From assembly GCA_038143065.1 (NCBI GenBank), contig JAYQLI010000035.1, positions 2,464,894-2,528,893 of the forward strand: DNA of 64,000 nt. The letters run 5' to 3'. Both the position numbers and the translations under genes were made by a program. Of the stretch, positions 1-11,793 are shown piece after piece (position 1 is the stretch's first letter; every line of letters begins with the position of its first letter). This DNA comes from Rhodospirillales bacterium (lineage in GTDB: Bacteria; Pseudomonadota; Alphaproteobacteria; Bin95). Under the pieces are notes generated by a model. That model was not told the origin of the DNA and did not search any database. It saw nothing but the letters and a program-made list of their open reading frames with translations.

Positions 1-117
1 AAAAGTTCTCCGTTAAAGTAAGGGCAAAGTCATTTGTTAGTTTTGCTTAAAAATCGATTTCATTCTACGGCTTTATGCTTCTGCTGATTTAAACTTTTTT
101 TATTGGCTTTGCGCTAA

Positions 118-867
118 TTAATGAGGGCCGTGGACAGGGAACATAAGGAGTTCGCCAATAGCTACATGTGGAGGTTGCTCCAGAGCGAAGATAATTGTTC
201 TTGCTACATCATCTGCCTCAAGCACTGCTGGGAAACGCTCATAAAATAATGCTGCCTGTTTTGAATCATCATGATATCTCGCTTGGGCAAACCCAGTTCG
301 AACTACCCCAGGGGATACTTCGATAACCCTTATGCCACACCCTTCATAATCAGCACGAAGTGCGCGCGTCAGTCCGTTAATGGCGAACTTGCTGGAGACG
401 TAGGCGGCATCATTTGAAATAGCGAAGTGTCCGGAAGTGGAGCCAACGTTAACAATATCACCGCCTCCATGTTCCAGAAAATGTGCAGCAAAGGTTCTGG
501 CAACTCTGATCATACCTATAACATTGACCTCTATAATGCGTGCCAGCTCATCTGGCTCACATTCATCCAGGCGCTCGCGTCCACCTGTGTCATGTCCGGC
601 GTTATTTATAACTGCAGTGATATCCTGCCATGCTTCTGGCAGTGTGGCAGGAATATTTGCAACAGCAGCGCCATCCGTTACATCCATTGGCCAGGGTAAG
701 AAGTTATTTCCAAGCGTATCTGCCATTGATTCTAACGTTTTAGAACTGCGAGCAGCACCTACGACCTTTGCTCCGCGGGCGACCAACATTTTCGAAACCG
801 AAGCGCCGATACCACTTGAGGCACCAGTTACAAAAATAATTTTCTCTTTTAATTCTGTTCTAATCAT
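118..867 (-). CDS. SDR family oxidoreductase (YdfG-like)
   Basis: TGASSGIG Rossmann motif, NNAG, YVSSK catalytic motif. Confidence 0.85.
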   Translation of the reverse strand: MIRTELKEKIIFVTGASSGIGASVSKMLVARGAKVVGAARSSKTLESMADTLGNNFLPWPMDVTDGAAVANIPATLPEAWQDITAVINNAGHDTGGRERLDECEPDELARIIEVNVIGMIRVARTFAAHFLEHGGGDIVNVGSTSGHFAISNDAAYVSSKFAINGLTRALRADYEGCGIRVIEVSPGVVRTGFAQARYHDDSKQAALFYERFPAVLEADDVARTIIFALEQPPHVAIGELLMFPVHGPH

Positions 868-1631
868 TAGATGAATACCGAGTATCCGCCATCAACTGGA
901 ATCGATGCCCCGGTGACAAAATCTGAAGCTCGGCTTGCTAGGAATACTGCCGTGCCCGCATGGTCATCTGGAACACCCCAGCGTCCTGTTGGAGATCGGC
1001 TAAGCACCCTTTCATGCAGACCGGGCACTTGTTGTCTCGCTTGCTGAGTTAGTTCTGTATCGATCCACCCTGGGAGGACAGCGTTACATTGAATATTGTC
1101 CTTAGCCCAAGCGCAGGCGATGGATTTTGTGAGTTGAACAATTCCTCCCTTAGAAGATGCATATGGTGACGAGAAGGCAGCTCCAAATAACGACATCATT
1201 GAGCCTATGTTGATGATTTTTCCACCGCCGACCTTTAGCATCTCTGGGTATGCGGCTTGTGAAGTCACGAAAGCACTAGTCAGATTGGTCTCCATAACCA
1301 ATCGAAATTCTTCTAGGCTAATATCTTGAGGCTGCTTGCGTACCGCCGTACCAGCATTGTTAACCAGAATGTTCAAAGAATTGAACCGTTTGACGGTTTC
1401 CTGGACCATGCGGCGACAGGCTTCCGGATCAGTTATATCTACTTCTATGCTGTCTGCCTCAGCACCAAGACTTTGGATTTGTTCCACTGCCTCAGCATTT
1501 TTTTTTGTGTTTCTGCCAGCAACCATCACTCGTGCGCCTGCTTCTGCCATTGCCTTGCCAAAAGCCAGACCAATGCCACCATTGCCGCCCGTAATGAGAG
1601 CTACGCTGCCTGAAAGATCAAATAGGCGCAT
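867..1631 (-). CDS. SDR family oxidoreductase (KduD/glucose 1-dehydrogenase-like)
   Basis: TGGNGGIG, NNAG, YASSK, PGWIDT, VDGG motifs; stop overlaps the next start. Confidence 0.85.
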   Translation of the reverse strand: MRLFDLSGSVALITGGNGGIGLAFGKAMAEAGARVMVAGRNTKKNAEAVEQIQSLGAEADSIEVDITDPEACRRMVQETVKRFNSLNILVNNAGTAVRKQPQDISLEEFRLVMETNLTSAFVTSQAAYPEMLKVGGGKIINIGSMMSLFGAAFSSPYASSKGGIVQLTKSIACAWAKDNIQCNAVLPGWIDTELTQQARQQVPGLHERVLSRSPTGRWGVPDDHAGTAVFLASRASDFVTGASIPVDGGYSVFI

Positions 1632-1674
1632 ATGTATTCCCCACTAATGTAATTCTTTGAGTGCGGATTATACA

Positions 1675-2917
1675 CTAATTCGCTGCTGGAGGATTAGGTG
1701 CAGGTAAAAACAACGCGACAATTAACGCTACAGCAAGTGGTCCTAATGCTAGAATTTGAAGCATGCTGTCATAATTACCCCAATTGTCTATTGCCCAAGC
1801 AAGTGGCAAAGGGCCAATGCTTGCACCAACAATTAGGATCATCTGTCCTGTGCCCTGGATTTCTCCAAGATGCCGCCGACCAAAATATCGTGGCCATAGG
1901 TATCCAACATAGGTCATAGTGATGGCGTTATTGATCCCAAAGATTACTCCAAAAATGACGGCTGTGGCTGTATTGGAGGTCAGACTTACAGATAGCAGCG
2001 AAGCCGACTGAATAATTAACCCAAGAAAGAACATCCATTTTGTGGGAACCGTATCGAGTAGTCGGCCGATAACAGGCATCATTAATGCAGCTGTTACCCC
2101 TGTAACCGTGAACATTGCTGCTGCCACATCTTTTCGAAGACCCTGGGATTTCAGGATAGCTGTAAATTCCACATGAAGGGCGGTCATGAGTAAAGACATA
2201 CAAAACATGCCTGCTACAAGAATGTAAAAAGCAGGCATTTTAAGTGCCTCTGCTTTGGTAAATCCTCCAAGTTTTGGGCCGGATGTTTGGGCAGGTGCAT
2301 TGCTATCGCCATCAGGCTGAAGTCCAACATCTTCGGGACGGTTGTGTAAAAAAGGAGGGCAGGGGGCAAAAGAGTCAAAGTTGTGATTATCCCCAAAGCT
2401 ATCCACGCATCTCGCCAGCCAAGTTCTGCAATTAGCCATTGGGTGAGAGGGGGTGAATAGCGATAGATATAGGAAAGCCCAGAGCCATTATCCCGAGCGC
2501 AAAGCCTCTTTTTCTATCAAACCATTGGGATGTTATGTATGCACAGTTCATCATAAGGGAGCCTTGGCCAAGAAAGCGCAATGCTCCAAAGGCAAAAGCC
2601 AAATAAAGCCCTCCTGTTGCTAAACCTGTTGCCACAGCGGCAAGCCCAACTCCAGGTATTATAAACCAGATCATCTGAGCAGGGCCAAACTTGTCGATTA
2701 GCTTCCCCATGCGAGGTAATAGAAGAGCAGCTATTAATGTAGCCGACCCGTAAGCGGTCGAAATTTGCGTGCGACTAAGACCAAGCTCTGCCTGCATGGG
2801 ATCAAAGAAAAGCCCGATGAGATGAGATTGACCTGGGCCAGTCCCAAACATTGCTAGTGCTGCCACAGCTAGTATTGGCCAGCCGTAGAACATTCGGTCT
2901 GAGACCGCTCGAAACAC
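1675..2917 (-). CDS. MFS transporter (two apparent single-base deletions near 2450 and 2350)
   Basis: Three overlapping ORF pieces join into one MFS protein (GKLIDKFG, WFDRKRG motifs) when one base is restored in a C-run and one in a T-run. Confidence 0.8.
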
Positions 2918-2952
2918 AATACTGCGTAGGGAAGTAAAAATAGTGGATACCT

Positions 2953-3849
2953 TTAAGCTGGGCGAATTATTGTGCCGTCGCCGCGTTCAGTAAAGATTTC
3001 AAGAAGAATAGCGTGAGGCACTCTTCCGTCTAAAATGACTGATGCCTCTACTCCTTCTTGAACTGCGTCGAGGCAAGTTTCAATTTTTGGGATCATGCCA
3101 CCTTTAATAATGCCATCTTTAATCATAGAGCGTGCAAGGTCAGCAGAGATATCTTCCAGTCGATTGCCATTCGCATCTAGGACCCCCGCAACATCGGTGA
3201 GCATCAAAAGGCGTTTAGCTTTGACTGCTGCTGCGACTGCCCCGGCAGCGGTATCTGCATTAATGTTGTAGGTTGCACCTTCATCATCGAACCCTATTGG
3301 GGCAATCACAGGAACAACACCAGTTTTTGCAAGTTGGATTAGTACTTCACCATTTACTCGCTCCGGATCACCCACGTAACCTAGGTCAATTACCTTCTCG
3401 ACATTGCTATCAGTTTCTTTAGCAACATGACTAAGCTTTTTTGCGCGGATTAGGTCAGCATCTTTTCCGGACATCCCTATCGCACGGCCTCCGGCACGAT
3501 TTATAGCGGCAACAATACCCTTATTGATTGCGCCAGCTAACACCATTTCTACAACTTCAACCGTAGGCTTATCGGTCACCCGCAAGCCATCAATAAATTC
3601 ACTCTCTATAGCTAGACGCTTGAGCATAGCTCCAATTTGAGGGCCGCCTCCGTGCACAACGATTGGGAATGCACCTATTTGTTTCAGCAATACAATATCG
3701 CGCGCGAAGCCATCTGCCAGTGCCTGCTCGCCCATGGCATGGCCACCGTACTTGATTACTATTATTTCACCAGCGTATCGTCGCATAAATGGTAATGCCT
3801 CGGATAAGACATCGACGCGTAGATTTCGATCCTGATTTTCTTTTGACAT
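2953..3849 (-). CDS. argB: Acetylglutamate kinase
   Basis: VIKYGGHAM, VHGGGPQI, NINAD, GGMIPK motifs; start moved to MSKEN at 3849; usual position after engB. Confidence 0.97.
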   Translation of the reverse strand: MSKENQDRNLRVDVLSEALPFMRRYAGEIIVIKYGGHAMGEQALADGFARDIVLLKQIGAFPIVVHGGGPQIGAMLKRLAIESEFIDGLRVTDKPTVEVVEMVLAGAINKGIVAAINRAGGRAIGMSGKDADLIRAKKLSHVAKETDSNVEKVIDLGYVGDPERVNGEVLIQLAKTGVVPVIAPIGFDDEGATYNINADTAAGAVAAAVKAKRLLMLTDVAGVLDANGNRLEDISADLARSMIKDGIIKGGMIPKIETCLDAVQEGVEASVILDGRVPHAILLEIFTERGDGTIIRPA

Positions 3850-3857
3850 TGTTCTTC

Positions 3858-4511
3858 CTATTCTACGAACGCCGATAGGTGCGCTCGTAACTCTGGCAGG
3901 CCATCGCCTTTTTCGGAACTCGTAAATACAACCCATGGATGCGCTGCGCGATATTTAGAGGCAGCAGAGATGGTCGCCTTATGAGTAGCCTCGGCCGCCT
4001 CGGCTTTCACTTTATCGCGCTTTGTTAGTACTACTTGGAAAGATAGTGCTGCTTCATCCAAAAGTTTCATCATCTCATGGTCACTGGGTTTTAAGCCATG
4101 TCTTCCATCAACGAGGAGACAAAGCCTGGATAATTTGGAACGCCCTCTCAAAAAATCTCGGGTGAGATCGGTCCAGTCTTTGATTTTACTTTTAGATGCT
4201 CGTGCATATCCATAGCCTGGCAGATCAACAATCCGCAGTCGATTTGCAAGATCAAAGAAGATCAAGCTTTGGGTGCGACCCGGTGTATTCGACGCACGAG
4301 CAAGGCCTTTTCGACCTAAGAGAGCGTTGATAAGGCTCGATTTTCCAACATTTGATCTGCCAGCAAAAGCTATCTCAGGAAGATCTGCAGGCGGAAGGTT
4401 ATCAAGAGCTTTAGCCTCCCATAAGAATGTTGCTTCTCCCTGGAAGAGCTTTCTGCCTAGTTCCTTTGTCTCTGATGTTATGCCGAACATTATATCGGCA
4501 GGGGAGTCCAT
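3858..4511 (-). CDS. engB: Ribosome biogenesis GTP-binding protein YihA/YsxC
   Basis: FAGRSNVGKSS, TPGRT, DLPGYG, TKRD G-motifs. Confidence 0.97.
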   Translation of the reverse strand: MDSPADIMFGITSETKELGRKLFQGEATFLWEAKALDNLPPADLPEIAFAGRSNVGKSSLINALLGRKGLARASNTPGRTQSLIFFDLANRLRIVDLPGYGYARASKSKIKDWTDLTRDFLRGRSKLSRLCLLVDGRHGLKPSDHEMMKLLDEAALSFQVVLTKRDKVKAEAAEATHKATISAASKYRAAHPWVVFTSSEKGDGLPELRAHLSAFVE

Positions 4512-4523
4512 CTTTCACGCCCT

Positions 4524-6324
4524 TCAGTCGCTGCTGCTTTTCTTGGCTGCTTCTGCCTTCGCATGGGCGCGTCGGCCTATTGGAACGCCCTGACGCTTCA
4601 TAATGAGTGCTTGCTGTGCGATGGAGAGCAGGTTGTTCCACGTCCAGTAGATTACTAGCCCAGCTGCAAAGCTGGCGAGCAGGAATGTGAAAATAATAGG
4701 CATAAATGCGAAAATTTTTGCCTGAACCGGATCGGTGGGCTGTGGATTGAGACGTTGCTGGAAGAACATAGTCAAACCCATAGCAAGCGCCCACGCACCA
4801 ATATTAAAGCCCCCTGGGATAAACACTGACGGATCATAGGGCAGAAGGCCAAATAGATTAAATACACTTGTTGGGTCTGGAGCCGATAGATCTTGGATCC
4901 AGCCAAAGAAAGGAGCATGCCTCATTTCAATTGTAACAATAAGCACCTTATAAAGGGCAAAGAATACTGGGATTTGAATCAGAATTGGTAGGCAGCCAGA
5001 AGCCGGATTGACCTTCTTTTCCTTGTACAAAGCCATCATTTCCTGATTGAGTTTTGTACGGTCTTCACCGAAGCGCTCACGCAGTTTGACCATCTCTGGT
5101 TGCAGCGCTTTCATCTGGCTCATCGATTTGTATGACTTATTCGCCAAGGGGAAGAATGCTAATTTAATCAACACGGTTAGGGCCATGATAGCTAGGCCAA
5201 AATTGCCTAGAATGCTGTATAGCCAATCAATGGCATAGAAGAATGGTTTGGTAAGGAAATAAAACCAGCCAAAATCGATCGCGAGATCAAAATTCTGAAC
5301 ACCAAGTTTAGCTTCGATATTATCAAGAAGACGCACCTCTTTTGCGCCTCCAAAAAAGCGGTGGGTAAAGGCGGCAGATCCACCTGGAGCCACACTCACA
5401 GCAGACTCGGCTACGTAATCAGTCTGGAAACGGTCCAGCCCGCCCTGACTATGGTGCATAAACCTCGCATTAATTGGAGTATTCTGATCTGGGATCACAG
5501 CTGCTAGCCAATAAACGTCTGTAATTCCAATCCATCCGCCGGTCGACTTTTCTTCAACCATGCCCTTGGCGCCATCATCCATTAGGTCGCTGTAGTCGAC
5601 TTCTTTTAAAGATCCATCTAGGACGCCCAAAGACCTTCATGAAGAACAAATAATTGAGTTACTTTCGGTTTTCCTGTTCGCGAAACAAGTGCATAAGGAG
5701 TCAGCGAGACGGGAGAGTTTCCTTGGTTCTGAACTGAATCCTCGATGGTGAACATATAGCCATCATCGAGACTGATTTTACGCTCAAAATTTAGTCCTGT
5801 GGTTCCTTTCCAGGTCAAAGTAACCGGATTTCCAGGTCGTAGCGGTCCGCCGCTTGCTTGCCACAAGCTTTCTGCTGAGGGGGTAACGCCTCCTCCACCG
5901 CCTATCCAACCAAATTCAGCGAAATACGATTTTGGGCTTCCGCTTGGGCTCAGCAGGGTGACTGGGGGCTGTTGTTATCTAGCGTTTCTTTATAGGTGGA
6001 CAGGGTAAGATCATCGATGCGGGCACCTTTTAAAGAGATTGATCCGTGTAGGCGGTTGCTATCTATCTCGAGCCTTGGGGTAGATTGTACTGCTTGTTCG
6101 CGGGATACGGAATTAATTAAGTCCTGACTGATTACTGCAGGCGCTTGACCACTGGGAGTACTTGCAGAGGGCAATGCCACATCTGATGGAGATTTAGCAG
6201 GAGTATCTGATGCAGATGTTTCTGTTGTCTGCACAGTTGGCGTTTTTGGTGGTGGAAAAAGTACGTTCCAGCCAAGCAAAATACCGATAGACAACGCCAT
6301 CGCTAACAACAGGTTGCGGTCCAT
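4524..6324 (-). CDS. yidC: Membrane protein insertase YidC (two apparent indels near 5965 and 5630)
   Basis: N-terminal TM, periplasmic domain, DFGWFYF, GCLPILIQIP, YWTWNN; three ORF pieces joined at C- and T-runs; synteny with rnpA/yidD. Confidence 0.95.
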
Positions 6325-6369
6325 CCCTATGTGATCCCAATCGTCAAAAAGTTAAAAGAAGAAAGCTTA

Positions 6370-6612
6370 TTAAAAAATAGATGTTTTAGAGGCGGGGACT
6401 GGGTCGTACCCGCTGCTGCCACCTGGTCGGCAGCGCACTAAACGCCGCAAAGCAAGAAGGCAACCTTTAAAGGCCCCGTGGGTATCTATAGCTTCCATCG
6501 CGTATGTGGAGCAAGTTGGGTGAAAGCGGCAGGACATCGGCGTAAACGGAGAGATCCCATATTTGTACAGGATAACTGGGATTTTAGCGATACAGATCAA
6601 CATTCGTTTCAT
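6370..6612 (-). CDS. yidD: Membrane protein insertion efficiency factor YidD
   Basis: ISP..CRFHPTCSTYA..RC.P..GYDPVP signature. Confidence 0.95.
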   Translation of the reverse strand: MKRMLICIAKIPVILYKYGISPFTPMSCRFHPTCSTYAMEAIDTHGAFKGCLLALRRLVRCRPGGSSGYDPVPASKTSIF

Positions 6613-6983
6613 GATGTATTGTCCTCCAGCCGTTTCCCAACCTCTTTGAATGCCCTGCGCAGGTCATTTTTAATTCTATCAAAAGGTACGTTAACGGTCG
6701 CTGTCCGGCCAACCAACACATAGTCGCAACCCGGAATTGCTAAATCGGCCGCCAGTTCAGCAGCTGCGGCTTTCAGCCTTCGTCGTGCCCGGTTACGAGC
6801 AACGGCATTGCCTACTTTTTTTGAGCAGGTGAAGCCAATACGAACGGTTTGGTCTGGTGTTTCGCTAGGGCGCTGCTTTATGCCTTGCAACCCCACTATT
6901 GGACCTCCGGATTTTCTGCCACGGGCAGCCGCAAGAAATTCTCGACGGCGTTTTAGGCGGCCAATAGTAATCGTCCGCCTCAT
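6609..6983 (-). CDS. rnpA: Ribonuclease P protein component
   Basis: SKKVGNAVARNRARRRL RNR motif. Confidence 0.95.
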   Translation of the reverse strand: MRRTITIGRLKRRREFLAAARGRKSGGPIVGLQGIKQRPSETPDQTVRIGFTCSKKVGNAVARNRARRRLKAAAAELAADLAIPGCDYVLVGRTATVNVPFDRIKNDLRRAFKEVGKRLEDNTS

Positions 6984-6988
6984 TGCAT

Positions 6989-7123
6989 TTATGCAGAGAG
7001 ACGCTTGCGACCCTTCGCTCTTCGAGTGGCTAGAACGCGGCGTCCGCCAACTGTAGCCATGCGCGAGCGAAAGCCGTGGCGGCGCTTGCGAACGAGCACG
7101 CTGGGCTGGTAAGTGCGCTTCAT
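6989..7123 (-). CDS. rpmH: 50S ribosomal protein L34 (absent from the ORF track)
   Basis: Manual translation [44 protein letters not shown]; directly upstream of rnpA. Confidence 0.98.
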   Translation of the reverse strand: MKRTYQPSVLVRKRRHGFRSRMATVGGRRVLATRRAKGRKRLSA

Positions 7124-7304
7124 GGGATCAAACTCCATTATTCTTGGCCGGCTGTATGCTCGAGGACCGGACGAATTTTCCTATTAAATAATAGCTTCGA
7201 ATGTGAAGCGAGGCTTATAATCGATAGCTGGGGCAGGGGTCAACGTTGTATATAGCACCCAATGCCGCGGTAAAATGTATTTTCTTGTGTAAACGTAAGT
7301 TTTT

Positions 7305-8084
7305 TTGGTGAAGGTTATAAAGATTGTGAAAAATCACCGGAAAACATCAGAAGCAAATTCCTCTAGTGGCCAATATCTTCCAGCGCAAAGACCGAATTGG
7401 AAAAGACTTCTGCCAATTGCGGCTTTAATTATGGGTTTTCTGGCCTTTCTGTTCTTTGGCGCTTTGGAGTATTTGAGTCTCAGTGTTTTGGATGAAAAAG
7501 CTGCTGAGCTTCGCGAATTTGTAGAGATCAATTTCGGGCTTGCTGTTGCAATTTATTTTATTGGCTATGTGCTATCAACTGCGTTTTTCCTTCCTATAGG
7601 AACAATACTTACGCTTTCTGGAGGGCTGTTTTTTGGAACCCTTCATGGAGGGATGCTTGCTGTTTTTGGAGCAACGATTGGCTCTTCAATCTTATTTATT
7701 GCAGCAAGGTATGCTTTTTCAGGATTCTTCAATAGTCGATTAGGTCGGTATGCTCCTCCCTTTCGTCAGAAGTTAAATCAAAACGCTTTTTTTTACCTCC
7801 TTGCACTCCGACTTGTTCCAATTTTTCCATTTGTTGTTGTGAATGTCGTGCCGGCATTGGTTGGTATACCGATAAGAACCTATGTAATTGCTACCTTTAT
7901 TGGAATAATCCCAGGGACGTTTATCTATGCCGGTATTGGGGCTGGTCTTGCATCTATCTTTTCTGCGGACGGTAAGCCCAACTTGAATGTTTTAGTCCAA
8001 TGGGAATTCCTGTTGCCGCTCATACTTCTTGCGTGTTTGTCGCTCGTACCAACTCTTTGGAGACCAAGTCGACAAGAAGATTGA
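7305..8084 (+). CDS. TVP38/TMEM64 (DedA/VTT domain) membrane protein
   Basis: Hydrophobic; LRLVPIFPF and GIIPGT motifs; start uncertain. Confidence 0.88.
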   Translation: MVKVIKIVKNHRKTSEANSSSGQYLPAQRPNWKRLLPIAALIMGFLAFLFFGALEYLSLSVLDEKAAELREFVEINFGLAVAIYFIGYVLSTAFFLPIGTILTLSGGLFFGTLHGGMLAVFGATIGSSILFIAARYAFSGFFNSRLGRYAPPFRQKLNQNAFFYLLALRLVPIFPFVVVNVVPALVGIPIRTYVIATFIGIIPGTFIYAGIGAGLASIFSADGKPNLNVLVQWEFLLPLILLACLSLVPTLWRPSRQED

Positions 8085-8154
8085 TATGTATTCTTGACCA
8101 ACTGGAATATATGCGGATGGTGTTCAGTGCGTACTATGTGGAGATGGTTTCAAA

Positions 8155-8964
8155 ATGAGTAATGATAGGCCCGAAGGCAAATGGGACCCTGGTCAGTATC
8201 TTCGTTATGGTGGTCACCGTCTTCGGCCTGCGATTGAGCTCTTCCAGCGCATTGATTTAGATGAACCCAGCATCTGTTACGATATTGGTTGTGGTGCGGG
8301 CGAAATTGCAATTGCTATGACACAGCGCTGGCCCTCAGCGAAAGTGATAGGTCTCGACGCTTCTGCAGAAATGTTGGCCAAGAGTCGGTCTGCACCTGGC
8401 GGAAATAATGTTGAGTGGGTTGAAGCCGACATTGTTGGGTGGGCACCGGAAAAACCTGCTGATGTTATTTACTCCAACGCAGCTCTGCATTGGGTAGATG
8501 GTCACGACGCGCTGTTCCCTCATCTTATGCAACAGTTGGCTCCTGGGGGTGTCCTTGCGGTACAAATGCCACTTTCATGGGGTCAGGCATCCCATCGCCT
8601 GCTCAGAGAAGTTCTTGCAAATGGCAATAATGGAGAAGGGTATGGTTCGGATGAACTCCGACAAGGCGTTGGTCGTAAATGGGTAGATGATGGAGACTTC
8701 TATTTTGATCGCCTCCGACCTTATGCAAGCCATATAGACATATGGGAGTGTCATTATCTGCAAGAACTTTCCGGAGATGACCCGGTTCTTGAGTGGGTAA
8801 AAGGATCAGCCCTCCGCCCAGTCCTCACGGCATTAGGTGAGGCCGCAGCGTCTGCCTTCCTAGCTGAATACGGATCAGTTTTGCGCGACGCCTATCCCAA
8901 ACGGAGTGATGGCGCCACATTGTTTCCGTTCGGACGTCTCTTCATGATAGCTCAGCGGAGTTAA
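8155..8964 (+). CDS. tam: Trans-aconitate 2-methyltransferase-like SAM methyltransferase
   Basis: WDPGQY, DIGCGAG, SNAALHWV, LAVQMP, WVKGSALRP. Confidence 0.85.
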   Translation: MSNDRPEGKWDPGQYLRYGGHRLRPAIELFQRIDLDEPSICYDIGCGAGEIAIAMTQRWPSAKVIGLDASAEMLAKSRSAPGGNNVEWVEADIVGWAPEKPADVIYSNAALHWVDGHDALFPHLMQQLAPGGVLAVQMPLSWGQASHRLLREVLANGNNGEGYGSDELRQGVGRKWVDDGDFYFDRLRPYASHIDIWECHYLQELSGDDPVLEWVKGSALRPVLTALGEAAASAFLAEYGSVLRDAYPKRSDGATLFPFGRLFMIAQRS

Positions 8965-9006
8965 TGAAGTTTCTATCGATAAACGTCGCTCGTGCGCTTA
9001 GAACTC

Positions 9007-9899
9007 TTATCTCGTTTTAGGTATTTGTACGCCAGCCATCTTTTCAAGGGTTGTTGTTAAGGCGGTCAAATCTTGGTCGCGCCCAACTTCTGCCATGCAC
9101 TGCAGGAATAGCGTGCGGATATTTGTGCCTAGCCACATAGGAGTTTCGTAGGCCTCTGCCTCTCTACGCCAAAGCTCAAGGTCTTTTTCAATGATATATA
9201 AGGCGCCACCGTAGTCGAAGGTTCTTGAAAGAACGTGATTTGGAATTTTGGTGTCGGTTGCACTATTTCGGCCTGATGACGCATTAATGACTTCCAACAT
9301 TTGCTCAGGATCTAAGCCCGCCTTTGCCCCTAAAGTCATTGCTTCCAGAGCCACTGATAGGTTTCCGAATGAAATAATATTATTAACCAATTTCATGGTC
9401 TGAGCGGCGCCGGGGTTTTCGTTTAGATAAACCAGTTTTCCCGACAGGACTTCTAAGCTGGATTTTAGAGCCTCAAAGTTTCTTTGTCACCAGAGCACAT
9501 AATGCCGAGTGTCCCTGCTTCTGCACCTGGGGGTCCCCCAGAAATAGGTGCATCGAGGAAAACTTTTCCAGCCGCCTTCATTTTTTCAGCAACTGCGCGC
9601 GAATAGGCGCTACCAGTTGTTCCCATGTTTATGAATGCTTTGGCGCGATTGCCTTTATCAGCACCGTCAACGCCCAGAGCCACACCCTCTGCTGCAGCAA
9701 GGGATGGAAGACAAGCCAGTACGTAGTCTGATTTGTCGGCTGTTTCCCTCGGTGAAGCGGCAACCTCGGCCCCACGTTGTGCTAATACTGCAGTTCTGTT
9801 TTCATCCGTATCGCAAACAACCAAATCATGGCCAGCTTCTATAAGATTGATGGCCATGGGGCGCCCCATTGCTCCAAGGCCAATATATCCAATGCGCAT
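9007..9899 (-). CDS. Beta-hydroxyacid (3-hydroxyisobutyrate-type) dehydrogenase, indel near 9475
   Basis: GLGAMG, DAPISGG, MKLVNN, KDL motifs across two ORFs. Confidence 0.88.
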
Positions 9900-9912
9900 A
9901 GGTCAGGCTCCT

Positions 9913-11132
9913 TTAGATAATTTTCTGATCGACAAAATTTTGAATTGCCTCTGCAGAATACCCAAGCTCTTCAAGAATGGCTTGGTTGTGTTCGCCCAAC
10001 TTAGGAGCTCGACCGAACGCAGGAGGTGTTTCTGAAAATTGCCATGGTGTACCGTGTACTTTTAGGGTTTCACCAATTTCTGGGTATTCCATTTCGGCAA
10101 TATAGCCATTGGCAATATTGTCTTCGTTGTTTGAAGCTTCCAGCAAGGTATTTACCGGTGCTGCGACGATATCTGCATTACGCAATGTTATTAGCATGTC
10201 GTCACGTCGGCCTTTCGAAAATAGGCCCCGTAAGGTTTCTAAAATCAGATCTTTCTTGTTTTCACCTACGAGGGCCAGTCCAAGATCACTTGCACCTCTT
10301 TGTTCAAGTGTGTCCCAGAAGCCAAGCGCATTCATGGCGGGCTGCCAGTCTTTTGCGTCTAGTTGCAAAACTAACGGCAGTCCATCGATATCATCAAATG
10401 TAGCCGCTATGCCTGGACGATTACGCGTGCCGTTAATTCTTGCGCCAGTTATAGGATTTTTGTTGCGCCACATAGTTGTGGTCAGTGTCCATCCCATCAA
10501 TCGGACAGCACTTCCTGCAAGTGATGTCTCCACTTTCTGACCAATGCCGGTTTCACGAGCATTGATGAGTGCAGCAAGTACACCCCAAAAGTGAGCATTG
10601 CGCAGGTTTCATCAGCTACTGACACAACGCCAGTCCGCATGGAACCACCTGGTTGGGAGTATGCTTCGGCAATCCCAGATAGGGCTTGTCCCACGGCGTC
10701 TGTCCCAGGAAGATTGGCGTGAGGACCGCGTGTGCCGTAAGCAGATACTGATGCATAAACAAGCTTAGGGTTAATCTTTTTTAAATCTTCATATCCAAAA
10801 CCGTTCCGTTCCGCTGCTCCAGGACGGAAATTCTGGCCGAAAATATCTGCTGTTTTGATAAGTCTATGAAGAATTTCCTGAGCCTCTGGTGTCTTCAGAT
10901 TTAGAGTTAGACTTTTCACGCCTCTATTATTGGTTTCAAAGAAAGATGAAATTTCACCATTCTCTCCTTTGATTTCACCGGCCTTTCTAGAGGGGTCCCC
11001 TCCATTGGGACTCTCAATTTTAATTACTTCCGCACCAAGGTCTGCCATCAGCATGTATGGGACTGTACCAGCCTGAGCAGTTGAGCAGGCAACTACACGG
11101 ATACCGTTTAAAGGGCCAAGTGATCCCGACAT
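9913..11132 (-). CDS. Family III CoA-transferase (CaiB/BaiF), indel near 10585
   Basis: ADLGAEVIKIE, NRGVKS, NFRPG, catalytic-Asp segment VAD, APKLGEHN. Confidence 0.9.
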
Positions 11133-11223
11133 TCCAGGACAATCCTTTCAATGCATAGAAGGGCTAGTTTTATTCAATAATGCAAAAAATAAGCGTCTTG
11201 TTTAGTGTAGAGCTTAAGCTCGA

Positions 11224-11633
11224 TTAATGTCCGTCTGGTAATTCTGCCAATTCAATTAAGATATTTCCTGTTGCTTTTGGGTCTATAAAGGCGATGCGGC
11301 TTCCTCCATGTCCCGATCTTGGTTCTTTATCCAGCAACGCCACACCTTTTTCTTTTAATTCAGCAAGTGCGCCATCGATATCCTCTACTTCAAAGCAAAG
11401 ATGAAAAAGGCTTTGCCCTTTTCGTTGATCCAATCTTGCACTTTTGAGGAAGGGCCAACCGCTTCTAGAAGCTCGATGGATGTCTCGCCAACTGGATACA
11501 TTGCTAGCCGTGTTTCACCAATTTGCTCATCATAATCTTTTTTGAGACCAAAGATGTGTTCTAAGGCTTGCCCCTCTTTTTCCATATCATTGACTGCTAT
11601 CGCAATGTGTTCAACACGCTTTATCTTCACCAT
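11224..11633 (-). CDS. Methylmalonyl-CoA epimerase-like VOC protein, indel near 11415
   Basis: HIAIAV, IELLE, HLCFEV, IAFIDPK..G.LIEL. Confidence 0.85.
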
Positions 11634-11793
11634 ACCCTCCCTCTATTTGTAATGCTGAAGGAAAGCATGGAGTTGGTCGAGTAGCCATATCGTAGCTGAA
11701 ATAAAAAATATTTCTGTAACCTACATATTTTGCAAATCATCAAAATGTTTGCGTGGCGATCCATTTATTGAAGCAGTCTGTAACTTTAGCTTT

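Noticed and set aside
4524-6324. Programmed frameshifting or phase variation in yidC and other split genes
   Set aside because: Runs are short, breaks hit unrelated and essential genes, and no slippery heptamer or stimulatory structure recurs; error is more parsimonious
7124-7304. Replication origin upstream of rpmH
   Set aside because: No dnaA gene and no clustered TTATCCACA boxes seen
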